From an uncultured bacterium (GTDB lineage: Bacteria > Patescibacteriota > Gracilibacteria > Absconditabacterales > Absconditicoccaceae): a stretch of 64,000 bases of DNA. Positions 36,395 through 47,151 of the stretch are shown in pieces. A program made the translations under genes and the position numbers. The number at the start of each line of letters is the position of its first letter. Positions within the stretch are counted from its first letter, which is position 1. The notes under the pieces were generated by a model that was not told the DNA's origin, searched no databases, and worked only from the letters and a program-made list of their open reading frames with translations. The stretch is taken from positions 10,110-74,109 of the forward strand of contig CAMVNA010000004.1 in assembly GCA_947168725.1 (NCBI GenBank), written 5' to 3'.

Positions 36395-37786
36395 ATGACA
36401 AAAATCGAACAATTGGAAAGTAAGACATCTCAAATCAAAGATGATTTGAACAAATTAAAAAACGATGTTAATCTTTCAGAAGAACAAAAGAGAGAAAAGG
36501 CTCAAGAAATCTTTACTGGTGCAAAAGATATTGAACTGAAAATTAACGAACTGGAATCTCAAACATGAGAAGGATCACAAAGAGACACAGACAGAGCAAA
36601 ATTACTACTAAAAAATTTTGAAGAAGTAAAGACATTATATAACGATATAATGTGAGAAGAAACTAGGAATCAAAATCTAAATCAAAACAATACAAATCAA
36701 ATAGAGGATAAAGATCAAACAACGAATACTCCAACTTCTGAAGTTCAGGATGAAGACAAATCAATTTTATGAACAATTGGAAACTGGTTCTGAAGTGCAA
36801 AAGAATGGATATGAAACCAATGGTCAGATATATGGAATACAGATAAACGAAAAGAAGATTGACTGAAGAATTGATTACGTACAGCATGATTTTTATGAGC
36901 AGCTGGTTTTATATATGAATGAGCGAAAAGTCTGTGGAATTGGGCTTTTTGAGATGACGAGGAAGAACATGAAGAAAAAACAGAATCTAAAAAAAAGAAA
37001 TCTGGTGATAAACGGTATAGTAAATTGTTAAAATGGGCTGGAATCACAACAGCAGCATGAGGATGAATTTATTTTCTAGGTAAACATTTTAACTTATGGT
37101 GAAATGACACATCTATCGAATCACAAAAACCAGAATCTTCGACAGAAACCCAGATTGAACCTACTTCAGAGAATAAAAATAATAACCAGGAAGAAAAGCC
37201 ACAAACTGATAAAACATCAGAAAAACCAACCACATGAGAGCAAAAGACTGCAGAACAAAAGAATAATAATCAAAAAGAAAACTTACAAGTCAGTAATTCA
37301 TGATATACAACTTGAGAAGACTTAACTAAAAAACAACAAAACATTATGGGACAAAAGCTTAACAAAATAAATTCTCCAATTACAGTAAAAATGGTACAGG
37401 ATTCTTGTAGTACTCATAATGTACCAGTTGAATACTTATTAGGTTTTATGCAAAATGATAGCAGTTTATGAACAAAATGAAAATGAGCAAAAACCCATAA
37501 TCCATGAAATGTATGAAACACCGATAGTTGAGGTACCAAAGATTTTTGAACACGAGAAAAATGAGTGGATGCTTGTGCAGAAAATCTAGAGAAACGTATC
37601 GTCGCCTACTCCAAAGCAAAAAAAGAACATAATTGAAAGTGATTTAATGACTTCCCTACTCCTAAAGAATTAGCCACATGAAAAAGCGAGGGATGAACCA
37701 AATTTTTTGGAGTTTACATGACAAGTAAAACTTGACCAACTAATGTTACAAAAATAATAAATTCTCGAGCTGACTCTTTATCATAA
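36395..37786 (+). CDS. modular envelope protein 3: divergent coiled-coil N-module + the same TM2 block as protein 1 + lysozyme-superfamily-like C-domain
   Basis: 463 aa. LKWAGITTAAGGGIYFLGKHFNLWG is encoded by a block about 94 percent identical to 33081-33159. The C-domain reads VPVEYLLGFMQNDSSLG...HNPGNVGNTD...ACAENLEKRI (SLT/glucosaminidase-like motif order). It is a paralogue of 42072..42890. Confidence 0.65.
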
Positions 37787-37850
37787 ATTGAATCATTATT
37801 TATTTTATTCAATAATGATTTCTATTATCAAAATAAAAAAACCTAAAAAT

Positions 37851-37879
37851 TTGACAAAATTTATTCAAAATGAATATAA
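37851..37879 (+). promoter_or_regulatory. consensus promoter AAAAATTTGACAAA-N17-TATAAT
   Basis: TTGACA at 37851-37856 and TATAAT at 37874-37879. Confidence 0.6.
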
Positions 37880-37917
37880 TAAAACTATAATATTTTATCA
37901 TATTAACCACATTAACA

Positions 37918-38601
37918 TATGATTAAGACAAACACCTCTAATACTATAGAAAATCCAGAAACTCCTTCTTCAAACTTTTCTCATGAATTGAGGACTTTAT
38001 GAGACGAAATAAGTAAAATCAATAATTTAGATAAATGGTATATCCAAAACAATAGAAAAGAAAAATAAACCAGAAAAGACTCACACAAATCCCAAAAGTG
38101 ATCTAACTTATAATCAATATGATCAAGATGACCCTCGTTGGAAAGACATCAATCTTATAGAGAGGTACTACAATAGGAAAGATTGGATGAACTGTAACAG
38201 CAATTGCTTGCATCGCTTCACCAGCTAACCCTTTAATAACTCCTAAGGATACTGCGGAATATCGTTGACGATTCCCTGATCGTGCCATCCCCAAAATAAC
38301 AAATGATAAAATAAAATCAGATCGCTTAACAATAGATGATAACACAAACAATAGAATAAAAAAATATTTAGAGAAATGATACCCTGCAATTATAATGGTA
38401 AAATGTAGAATGGGCTGAGGACAAAACAAACTAATTAGATGACAACAATATTTAGCAATTGTCGATTATAGAAACAACAATGGGAAAGAAGAAGTTTTTA
38501 TAGCGAACACAGATAATGGTAAATGAGGAGGATGGATGCCTCTAGATAAAGCTTTTGTTAGTATAAAGGAAGCTACATTGTTTACTCCCACAGGAAAGTA
38601 A
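37918..38601 (+). pseudogene. decayed paralogue of the C39-like modular protein (multiple frameshifts or stops, catalytic Cys codon changed)
   Basis: Homology to the family is spread over three frames. 37949-38068 reads HELRTLGDEISKINNLDKW. 38067-38228 reads THTNPKSDLTYNQYDQDDPRWKD. 38161-38601 reads RGTTIGKIGGTVTAIAC...KGYPAIIMV...QQYLAIVDYRNNNGKEEVFIANTDNGKGGGWMPLDKAF. The only ATG ORF (37918) stops at 38014. The TM and linker modules are missing. Confidence 0.6.
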
Positions 38602-38604
38602 TAT

Positions 38605-39507
38605 CTATAAATAATATACTTCATATTCCACATTATCCCTCAGAGAACACTTTCCTTCTGCAATATACCTACGGAACCGTGTTCTCTGTTTTTTTGCTAA
38701 ATAATGCGTGTTTTTTCTCAAAGATTCTTCCATAGTATCATAATCATATTCTCAGTAAATATATCAAACAACTTCCTTATAACCAATTCATTGCATAGAT
38801 TGTAAACTCGGTGAATATCATTTATCCAAAAGTCATTTTACCTCATCTATCAGTCAACTTTTCAGCATCTCTTTAATTCTAGCATTTATACGCATATTTG
38901 TTTCCTCTTTTTCACGCCAAAGTCACAACATTAATAAAGGATGCTTAACTGGCTGATGAAGGAAAAGTTCTGTTTTTGTTTTTCAAGTTTCATAATAAAT
39001 TTCCAACGCACGAATAATATACCTGGTTGCATTCGGATGTAATTTACTCGCCTCTTCTGGATCTACTTGCTTAAGAAGATTATATACATATCAAGGTTCA
39101 GAATCTTCTTTTTTTTGTAATTTTTCACGATATTCATAATTTGGTGGACATTCTGGCATTTGAAAATTTTTATAAATCGTATCTATATAAAGTCCAGTTC
39201 ATCCAACTATAACAGGAGTTTTTTTACGTCAAAGAATATCTTCAACTTCACTTTCTACATCAAACTTCCACTGTCATGCAGTGTATGTTTCATCCGGATT
39301 TACTATATCAATCTGATAATGTGGAATTTTTTTACGCCATTCCAATGGAACTTTATCCGTTCAAATATCCATTCCACAAAAAATCTGTCTACTATCCGCC
39401 GATATTATTTCTATATCAAAAAAATCTGAAAGTAATAACGATAGTTTACTTTTTCATGTAGCCGTAGCTCACCAAATAATTATCGTTCAATCTGAAAACT
39501 GATTCAA
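38605..39507 (-). CDS. miaA: tRNA dimethylallyltransferase MiaA
   Basis: P-loop IIIWGATATGKSKLS (G is TGA), EIISADSRQIFCGMDIGTDK and VGGTGLYI. There is no in-frame ATG upstream of the P-loop, so a TTG at 39507-39505 is proposed as the start (uncertain). Confidence 0.8.
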
Positions 39508-39581
39508 AAAACTTTGACAACAATACTTGATTTTAGGCAATATATCAACTATCTCCATAAACTATACCCTTCACAGATAAA

Positions 39582-40505
39582 CTATCTCATCAATCCAAAC
39601 TCTTCTGGTCAAAAAATTGGATGACCTCAACATTTACTTGAAACACAATAAATTCTCGAAATTTTCCACTTTCAAGCATAATTACTTGGTACAAATTCCC
39701 ATGTTTCATCATATTGTTCATGAGTTGACTCCAATATATACGAGATATCAAATTTATAAATATTTTTTCATTTATATACTCCTGCCGTTTTCTGTATATT
39801 CTGAGGCTCTATCGATTTTCATTCAATTCACTCAAAAAATGGTTGCATTTTAAAAGCCCCAAAATATCATCTTATCTTCTGATCATTTTGTGCTGAACTA
39901 TCAAACAACTCAAACGACTCATCAAATTTTCAATCAGACATATATGCAAAGAAACTCTGAATCAATTCTTCTGGAGTTTGTGGATTAGATACAATATTTT
40001 GATTTTCATCTGGCTTTTTTACAACATTATTTTCCTCTATATCATCAGATAATTCAACATCTAATTTTTCTCCATCAATTTCAGATAAATTTCCCAAAGA
40101 AACACTATTCTCTACAGCATCCTCTGCCATTTTAATTTCCACCTGTGGACGGAGTATTACAGCCTGATAAAAAGATATGCAAAAGAACATCAAAGAACAC
40201 CCAAAAAATATCCACGCCCAAAGAGGAATTTTGGCATTTGAGGCTACATTTTGTTTATTTTGATTAATATCAGAATTTGCAACTTTTTCGATCAATGCTT
40301 GTTTTTTTGCACGATTTGCCTGAGATGCTATCGCTACCGCACTTGCTCTACTTGGTTTTAAATCCACTTTCCTCCTCTTAACTACCACTTTCTTTGTCGT
40401 ATTTTTTTTCATTTCTAATTTTGATTCCATTTTTTTGTGTACATCCTCAAAATTTCCACTCTTAACACTATTTTTTAATTCTGATTTTTTTGTTTTTTTG
40501 ACCAT
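39582..40505 (-). CDS. membrane-anchored hypothetical protein (basic N-terminus, one TM, NTF2-like-looking C-domain)
   Basis: Track ORF 39930..40505 continues through TGA for 116 further codons to TAG at 39584-39582. TM segment IPLWAWIFFGCSLMFFCISFY. Confidence 0.6.
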
Positions 40506-40681
40506 AAAAGAATCAAAGAAAATAAAAACGATTAATTCATAATACTATTTTTAACAAAATATGCAAGAAAGTTTTTCGCAATAAAAACTTACATTGAAAA
40601 AATTTTACTAAAAAAGAAAAAACATATTCTATCATACAAAAAAACAATTAATATCTAAAATCAAATTTTCCTCTGAAAAAT

Positions 40682-40709
40682 TTGACAAATTAAAAATTTT
40701 AATTATAAT
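40682..40709 (+). promoter_or_regulatory. consensus promoter AAAAATTTGACAAA-N16-TATAAT
   Basis: TTGACA at 40682-40687 and TATAAT at 40704-40709. Confidence 0.6.
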
Positions 40710-40766
40710 TTTAATTGAATATAAAAAAATTTAATTCACTAGGTTTTATTTTTAAAAATCTATAGG

Positions 40767-42026
40767 ATGTCCAAAGATACATACAAATGAGAGGGAAAAA
40801 AAGAAGTAACAGAACACCGTAAAACCGAGTGACGTTCAACTGAAGTCGAAAAAAAAGAATATAAAGAGAACAAAAAGCAAAAGAAAGAATCATCAGAACA
40901 AGAAGTAAATAAATCAAAACAGCAACTTACAGGTTTAGAAAAATGGTTAAAAGAATATAAAAAAATAGAAAAAAGGAAAAAAGAATTAGAAGAAGAAATA
41001 TTAATATATTTTAAGAAAAAATGAAATAATATTAAAAATGAAGTAAAAAAGGATACAGAAACAGAAAATAAAGTAAAAAAGGAAAACGAAGAAGAACCAA
41101 AGAAAAAACATAGAAAATGGAGAGAAAAATACAAAAAAGCGTTAAAAGAAAAAGGAATATTATTAACAAACAAAGAGCGAGAAAATATAATTAAAAAACA
41201 TGATAAAAAAGAATTTAAACATTTTTATAAAGACTTAAAAAAAGCAATAAAAAAAGATGAAATAGATAAATTTTTAAAAAAATGGAAAAATAAAGGTTTT
41301 GATGGTTTATTAGAACAATTTTCAAAAGAAGACAAAAAAGAAAAGAAAAAAGAAAAGAAGGAGAAAAAAAGCTCACATAAGCATAGAAAACATTCGAATA
41401 AATCAACAGATAACTCTTCAAGTTCAAGTGGATGATCTTCTTCTGAATCAACAGACAACTCTCCAAGTTCAAGTGGAGGATCTTCCGATTCAACGGACAA
41501 TTCTTCAGAATCAAATAATGAATCCTCTGAAACAAATAATTCCTCAGAATCTGAAAACAACTTAAATGCTTATACAAATGAATATATACCTGAAGAAAAA
41601 GTAAAAGAAGCTCGAGATTATATTGCAAACTGATGAACATTTCATTCCCCTAGTAAATGAACTATTAAGTGGGGTCGAAGTGATTATAAGCATGTTTGTT
41701 CAACTTGATCATTTAATGTATTATGGAAATTAGGATTACCAAAAGTATCCAATTCTACTGAATGTGATTTAAAATGAAAAATATTACCAAAAATGGGGTT
41801 AAAATATATTTGAGAAGTAGATCCAGACAATCCGGAAAAAGATTGATATAAACCACAGAATTGAGACACAGCAGTACGGCCAAGATTCAATGGTACTCAA
41901 CATCAAGCTACATTTATAAATTGACATTGGGTATCAGACACCATACAGAAGAAAATGTCTTGTTATAACGCAAAAAATGAACCAAATGTTAAAATATATC
42001 GCTATACATGAGAACAGACTGCTTAA
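40767..42026 (+). CDS. Lys/Glu-rich coiled-coil protein with Ser-rich linker and papain-fold (NlpC/P60- or CHAP-like) C-domain
   Basis: 419 aa, frame verified. It has about 200 aa of K/E-rich helix, STDNSSSSSGGSS repeats, then YKHVCSTGSFNVLWKLGLP (Cys) ... GTQHQATFINGHWVSD (His). The long minus-strand track ORFs here are shadow ORFs. Confidence 0.6.
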
Positions 42027-42071
42027 TATTGCATTAATTCATAATTATTTATTATTTATCATTCATTTAAA

Positions 42072-42890
42072 ATGATAGAAGTCGAGCAAAACAATAATCA
42101 AGAAAAAGAAAGTTATGAAAACACTCTCAAAAAAGTTGAGACAGAGATTGCTGAATTAAATGATGACAATGTAGATAATGACAAGATTGAATTAGACTGA
42201 CTACTCACACAGTGATTTGCGGAATATCTCTGAGCAGAAAAAGCAAAAAAAATCCTTGATTCCATTAGTAATATGGAAGACAAACCTGAATGATTACAAC
42301 AACTTGAAGATTTCCTTAAATCTGCTTCGTTATCTTTGAATCAATGAATAGGTGAAAATGAGAGACAACAAGAAAACCTTATTAAGTGACCTGATAAGTA
42401 TATATATTGATATAATTTAACAGAAAATCATCTAAATAAGATATCAAATACGTTTAAAAAGCTAAACTCTCCATTGGAACCACAAATGATAAAAGATTCT
42501 TGTTTAAATTTTCCTTATCTACCTGCCGAATATCTTTTGTGATTTATGCAAAACGATAGTAGATTATGAACTGCCTGAAAAAGAGCAATAAATAATCATA
42601 ATCCATGAAATGTATGAAATACTGATGACTGAAAAAATAGGTATTTTGAAACACGGGCAGATTGAGTTAATGCTTGCGCAGAAAATTTAAAAAAACGTAT
42701 TGATGCTTATTCTAAAGTAAAAAAAGAACATAATTGAAAATGATTCAACGATTTTCCAACTCCAGAAGAATTAGCAACTTGAAAAGCTAAAGGTTGAACT
42801 AGATTTTTTGGAGTTTATATGACAAATCCTAGTTGACCATCGACTGTTGCGTGAATAGTAAATCATCGAAACAAAAAACTCAGAACATAA
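42072..42890 (+). CDS. short paralogue carrying the lysozyme-superfamily-like C-domain of protein 3
   Basis: 272 aa. LPAEYLLGFMQNDSRLG...HNPGNVGNTDDG...ACAENLKKRIDAYSKVKKEHNGKGFNDFPTPEELATGK, about 78 percent DNA identity to 37420-37780. The N-terminal GLLTQGFAEYLG...LQQLEDFLKS motif is shared with gene 44716. Confidence 0.65.
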
Positions 42891-42971
42891 TATTTTCAAA
42901 AATTATGTGTGCTATCTTTTGTTATAATGGACAAAATTTATATGAAGATGCTAATGAGAAAATCTTAATTA

Positions 42972-43448
42972 TTATAGATTTAAGCTAGCTAATTCACATT
43001 TATCTCAAATATGGAGTAATCATTTTTCACTAATTAATCATTGATTAATTTCTAGAACATATTGAGCTTCTGTTTTTGGTTTATATGATGGACATTCATC
43101 AGTTTTACAAGGATCCATTTGGATAATATCTACGATTTTCAAATCTGAATCTAATCGAATTCACGCAAGTGGAATAAGTGTATTTTTCATCCAAAACGAA
43201 TAAGTTCACATTTTATCGAAAATAAAAAACATTCAATTTTCATCAGGCAGTGATTCTCTATACATGAGTCATAATTGGCGAGATTCATTATCATCTGCTA
43301 TTTCAATATTGAAACAACTTTCATTACAACAAATCTTTGGAGTTTGATTTTCTGTTTTTCATGCTTCATATTTGAATACGAGAAAAGATGTGATTAAAAG
43401 TAAGATGAATATCGTTATTCAGATTATGATTCTTAATGATTTTTTCAT
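42972..43448 (-). CDS. DUF192 domain protein (membrane-anchored or secreted)
   Basis: An N-terminal TM segment, then ADDNESRQLGLMYRESLPDENGMFFIFDK...FWMKNTLIPLAGIRLD. Confidence 0.65.
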
Positions 43449-43477
43449 GGCATGGTTATACTTGATAAAATTTATGA

Positions 43478-43538
43478 GGTAACCTCACCCACCACTACGT
43501 ATTTTCTCTCTCCTATTAAGAGAGGGGGTGGGGAGAGC
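43478..43538. repeat. GC-rich palindromic repeat element, copy 2 (intergenic)
   Basis: AACCTCACCC...CTCTCTCCT-att-AAGAGAGGGGGTGGGGAGAG. It shares AACCTCACCC, the CTCTCCTAWTARGAGAGGG palindrome and a GGGAGAG tail with the reverse complement of 25323-25436. Confidence 0.65.
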
Positions 43539-43541
43539 TTT

Positions 43542-44234
43542 TTAAACATATCTCCACTCTCCTTCTGATAAATCGTTTGGTAAAGTGTATTGAGCTTCTT
43601 TAATACGCTGTAAATCTATCAAATGATATCATAAGTTTTTAATAACTCTCCTTATATGGCGTTTTTTTCATTCATTTAAAATCACTTTATATATAAGTAG
43701 CTGTTTTGTTGGCTGAATATCCAGGAATTTTAACTGTTCTCATTCATCGATGATTCAGCTTTTTACTTTTTGCTTATCTTCAGCTTTGAATGGGGAAGAA
43801 AGCTGGATGAGATACTCTTTTTCGACTTCAAATTTTGGATGTTCAAATTGGTGGACTAATGATGGAGTGTCTGTAAGCAACACCAATCCACGACTATCCT
43901 TATCCAGACGTCCAATGTAGTACCAATTTTTAAACTGTTCTGGAAGTAATTCATAAATTGTAGCATTATGGGGATCTGATTTGGAAACTACATATCATTT
44001 TGGTTTATTGAAAATAACCAATTTTCATTTCAGTTTGCTACCATCTTCTGAAATTATAATATTTTCTTTACTTCAATTTTCATTTATAAAAATAAGAACA
44101 TCTCCGTTTTCAAGTTCAGATTTAAATGATTCCATTTTTTCATTATTTAAAAAAATCTGACCATTTTGAATGAGTGACACAATTTTACGACGTGATCGTC
44201 ATTTAGAATTTTGCAAAAATGGAATAATTTGCAT
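43542..44234 (-). CDS. pseudouridine synthase, RsuA/RluB family (S4 domain + catalytic domain)
   Basis: SRRKIVSLIQNGQIFLNN (S4-like), VIFNKPKGYVVSKSD and YYIGRLDKDSRGLVLLTDT. Confidence 0.85.
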
Positions 44235-44324
44235 AAAATAGACCAAAATTTAAAGATTCTTTTACATTCTATATGGGTATATTTTTATTTTTTTATTTCA
44301 AGATATAAAAAAGTCCCCAAAAAT

Positions 44325-44353
44325 TTGACAAATTTTATAAATTTGGCTATAAT
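44325..44353 (+). promoter_or_regulatory. consensus promoter AAAAATTTGACAAA-N17-TATAAT
   Basis: TTGACA at 44325-44330 and TATAAT at 44348-44353. Confidence 0.6.
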
Positions 44354-44394
44354 TTAGTAGATAAATTTAATCATTTATAATATCAAAAAACAAA

Positions 44395-44697
44395 ATGACA
44401 AAAAAAGATTATTTAATAAAAATTCTAGAAAACCTCGAATCAATCTGGGACTTGGCTCCAGGTCTAAAAATACTTGTTGAACAATGAGCCCTATGAGATG
44501 ATACACTAGACACTCTCATTAGTGCTGTAGAATCTGGGATTCATTCCGCAAGATCTGAGGTTGCAAAATTAAAAATGAAAAAATGATTAGACGCATTGGA
44601 TAAGATGAAACAAATAGAAAAACAAAGCGCTATGCAAGATGAAAAAGAGTTAATAGAATTAGATAAACTAATAGACGGTTTATCAGACGATTTTTAA
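44395..44697 (+). CDS. small helical hypothetical protein
   Basis: A 100-aa code-25 ORF directly upstream of the large PG-binding protein. It looks coiled-coil-like (KLKMKKGLDALDKMKQIEKQSAMQDEKELIELDKLI). Confidence 0.5.
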
Positions 44698-44715
44698 TCC
44701 TTATTTGTAATTAAT

Positions 44716-47103
44716 ATGACTTTTGAACAATTTGGTGAATCTACTGCGGCAACTACTCCATTAGTAACAACAAATGGTGAACCAATTACGCCCGATGGTA
44801 ACGCAACTACAACCACAAATACTGGCGAGACACAAACAACAACTGTTGAACAAGGGCCTGATGCTGATTTAAATCAAAGATATGAAACTGTTAGACAAGA
44901 ACTACTTCAAGTCGGTGGAGTTGATACAAGTGACGATAATATCGAAATCGCTGATTGACTTCTAGATTGAAAATTTGCCGAATATTTACTAAAAAACGAA
45001 ACATCTCTGAACGCGCTGAAATGATTTGTTAATACGATAAAAAAAGATTGACTTAAAAACAAAGCTTGAAATGATTTAAAAAAATTAGAAGACTTCCTAA
45101 ACAACATCTGAAATAATGAGAAGATGGAAAAGGATTTCAAAAAATTTATGGATAAATTACAGAAACCAAAAGATTTACATAAAGTTAAAGAAAAAGAACT
45201 TAGTGCTATCACCATGCACCTATCATTGAATCAAAACGATGCAATGCTTGCATATAAAAGTATGAAAGCCATTCTTGACAACCATCAAAACTTTTTTGGT
45301 ACAGGTATGAAATTGGATGATGTAAATGTTTTTCAAGCTGTTTGGAATTCATTAAAGAATAATTACCAAAATAATGAAACATTCATTGAAGCAGAATACC
45401 CTGGATATTCAGCATTATCTGATAGAGCGATCAGTATTCAAGCATTTCTTATGGCAAATAAATGAATAATATCTTGACCATGACTAGAATGGGAATGAGA
45501 TGAGATAACAGTAGCACATCTAGAGAACAAACCTAACTCTATAGTAAGCAGAGAAGCAATTGTTACTAAACTTAACGAACTCAACAACCAAAGAGTCGCT
45601 AAAAATAAAAGTTTAGTAGAAGCTGTGGACATCAACATACCAACTGCAGACTTTACTAAAACAGCAGAATGAGGGTTAAAGTTTAAATGAACTGAATTCT
45701 CAGCAAATGATGTGATGATGTATAGTGATGAAATAAGTGCGGCAGTTAATGGTGGAGATTTTGTAAATGATAAAGAAAAATGGAGAACTATAAATGAATG
45801 TAGAAATTCATTATATGAAAAAATTAAAGCAAAATTATTAGCTGATCCTTCAGTAGCACAAGAAGGTTCAACAAACAACCCTAGTCAAAACACTAATCCT
45901 GAACAAAACACTAACCCTGGTCAGAACACTAATCCCGAACAAAACACTAACCCTGATCAAAACACTAATCCTGAACAAAACACTAATCCTGATCAAAACA
46001 CTAATCCTGATCAAACTAATGAAACATGATGAGAAAATGTTGAACTTGATGCAAGGTTGAATCTTAAGAGTAGTGTAAAAAATAAACTTGTAGAATTATG
46101 AATTTTCGAAAACGCTGAAAGCCATACAGTAAAAGAACCAGCTATGAAATCTTTTATCGATACCATAAAAGATAAACCATGGAGTGAATTACAAGGTCAA
46201 GGACATGTAGACAAGAGAGCATGGATTGCCACAGTACAAATAGCATTAAATTTTATAGGCGTAAAAAATGAGAAAAGTGAATACAAAGTAAAAACAATTG
46301 ACTGAATACGTGGTAAAGAAACAAGGAGGGTCATCAGAGCATTCCAAAAAGATAACGAATTGGGAGTAGATGGTAAACCATGACCAAAAACTCTTACCAA
46401 AATTTTAGAAACACTTGGATGAATCAGAAGTAGTAATGAATCTACAACGAACAAACCAAATGAAAAAGTTTTTGACTATGATAGTGCTACATCATTAGAT
46501 AATACAAAGGTTCAAGAAATTTTGGATGCTCGTAAAAAATATGATGAATCTGATGAATGAAAAAATGATAATAACGTACGTGTGCTCAAATTAAATGGGC
46601 TTACTAGCCTAACAGAAGAAAATGCTACTGCTCTATCTGCATGGGAATGAAATATACAAGTTAATAAACTATTAACAGATGCAGCTGGTGAAAAAGGTGA
46701 ACAAACCATAACAGTATTAAGCAAGCTAGCACCTAAAGGTGGTAAAGCTATTATCGAGACTTCAGATAAGGATACTTTCGATAAATTGAAAGATAAATGA
46801 TTTGAACTCAAGCTAATAGAGACAACTCAACCTGAGACTCCAACTGAGACTCCAACCGCAACTGAGACTTCAACTGAAACTCCAACCGCAACTGGGACTT
46901 CAACCGAGACTCCAACCGCAACAGAGATTTCAACTGAGACTCCAACCGCAACTGAGACTTCAACTGAGACTTCTGTACAGACTACAACTACAGTGGACAA
47001 CAATAACAGTGTAACTGTTTGATGAGATAACAATTGAACCATTATACAAGATAATGACTCCAGTGTCACCAACAATAGCACAGTAGACGACATGGGAGAC
47101 TAA
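44716..47103 (+). CDS. large surface protein with peptidoglycan-binding (PG_binding_1-like) domain and two tandem-repeat linkers
   Basis: 795 aa, joining track ORFs 44716, 45124 and 45712 in one frame. AWIATVQIALNFIGV...IDGIRGKETRRVIRAFQKDNELGVDGKPGPKTLTKIL is a PG_binding_1 pattern. It carries NTNP(E/D/G)Q and TETPTATETS repeats. Confidence 0.7.
45886..46014 (+). repeat. 18-nt coding tandem repeat (about 7 units, QNTNPE/D)
   Basis: Units of caaaacactaatcctgaa with synonymous or near-synonymous variation. Confidence 0.85.
46831..46972 (+). repeat. 30-nt coding tandem repeat (about 4.5 units, TETPTATETS)
   Basis: Units of actgagacttcaactgagactccaaccgca. The minus-strand track ORF 46827..47093 is its shadow. 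Confidence 0.85.
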
Positions 47104-47151
47104 AAATAATTATTTATCAAAATTGTACTTTTATATTTATAATGTATTAAA

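Noticed and set aside
40760-41640. Long minus-strand ORFs in the supplied track here (40760..41173, 41215..41640, 41225..41560). Similar cases are 6159..6659, 18476..19007, 29352..29612, 35432..36151, 45438..45878, 46197..47093 and 48851..50064.
   Set aside because: They lie antisense to, or out of frame with, code-25 genes that carry clear conserved motifs. Their low-complexity, Phe/Ser/Leu-rich translations are typical shadow ORFs of AT-rich or repeat-rich coding DNA.
42905-42988. A 27-codon ORF starting MCAIFCYNG, which resembles the N-terminus of class-II glutamine amidotransferases (asnB/glmS/purF type).
   Set aside because: It is far too short and overlaps the 3' end of the DUF192 gene on the other strand. 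At best it is a relic, and it is not called as a gene.
45886-46972. Regularly spaced direct repeats that could be mistaken for a CRISPR array.
   Set aside because: The units are 18 and 30 nt, contiguous with no spacers, in frame and degenerate at synonymous positions. They are coding tandem repeats inside gene 44716-47103.
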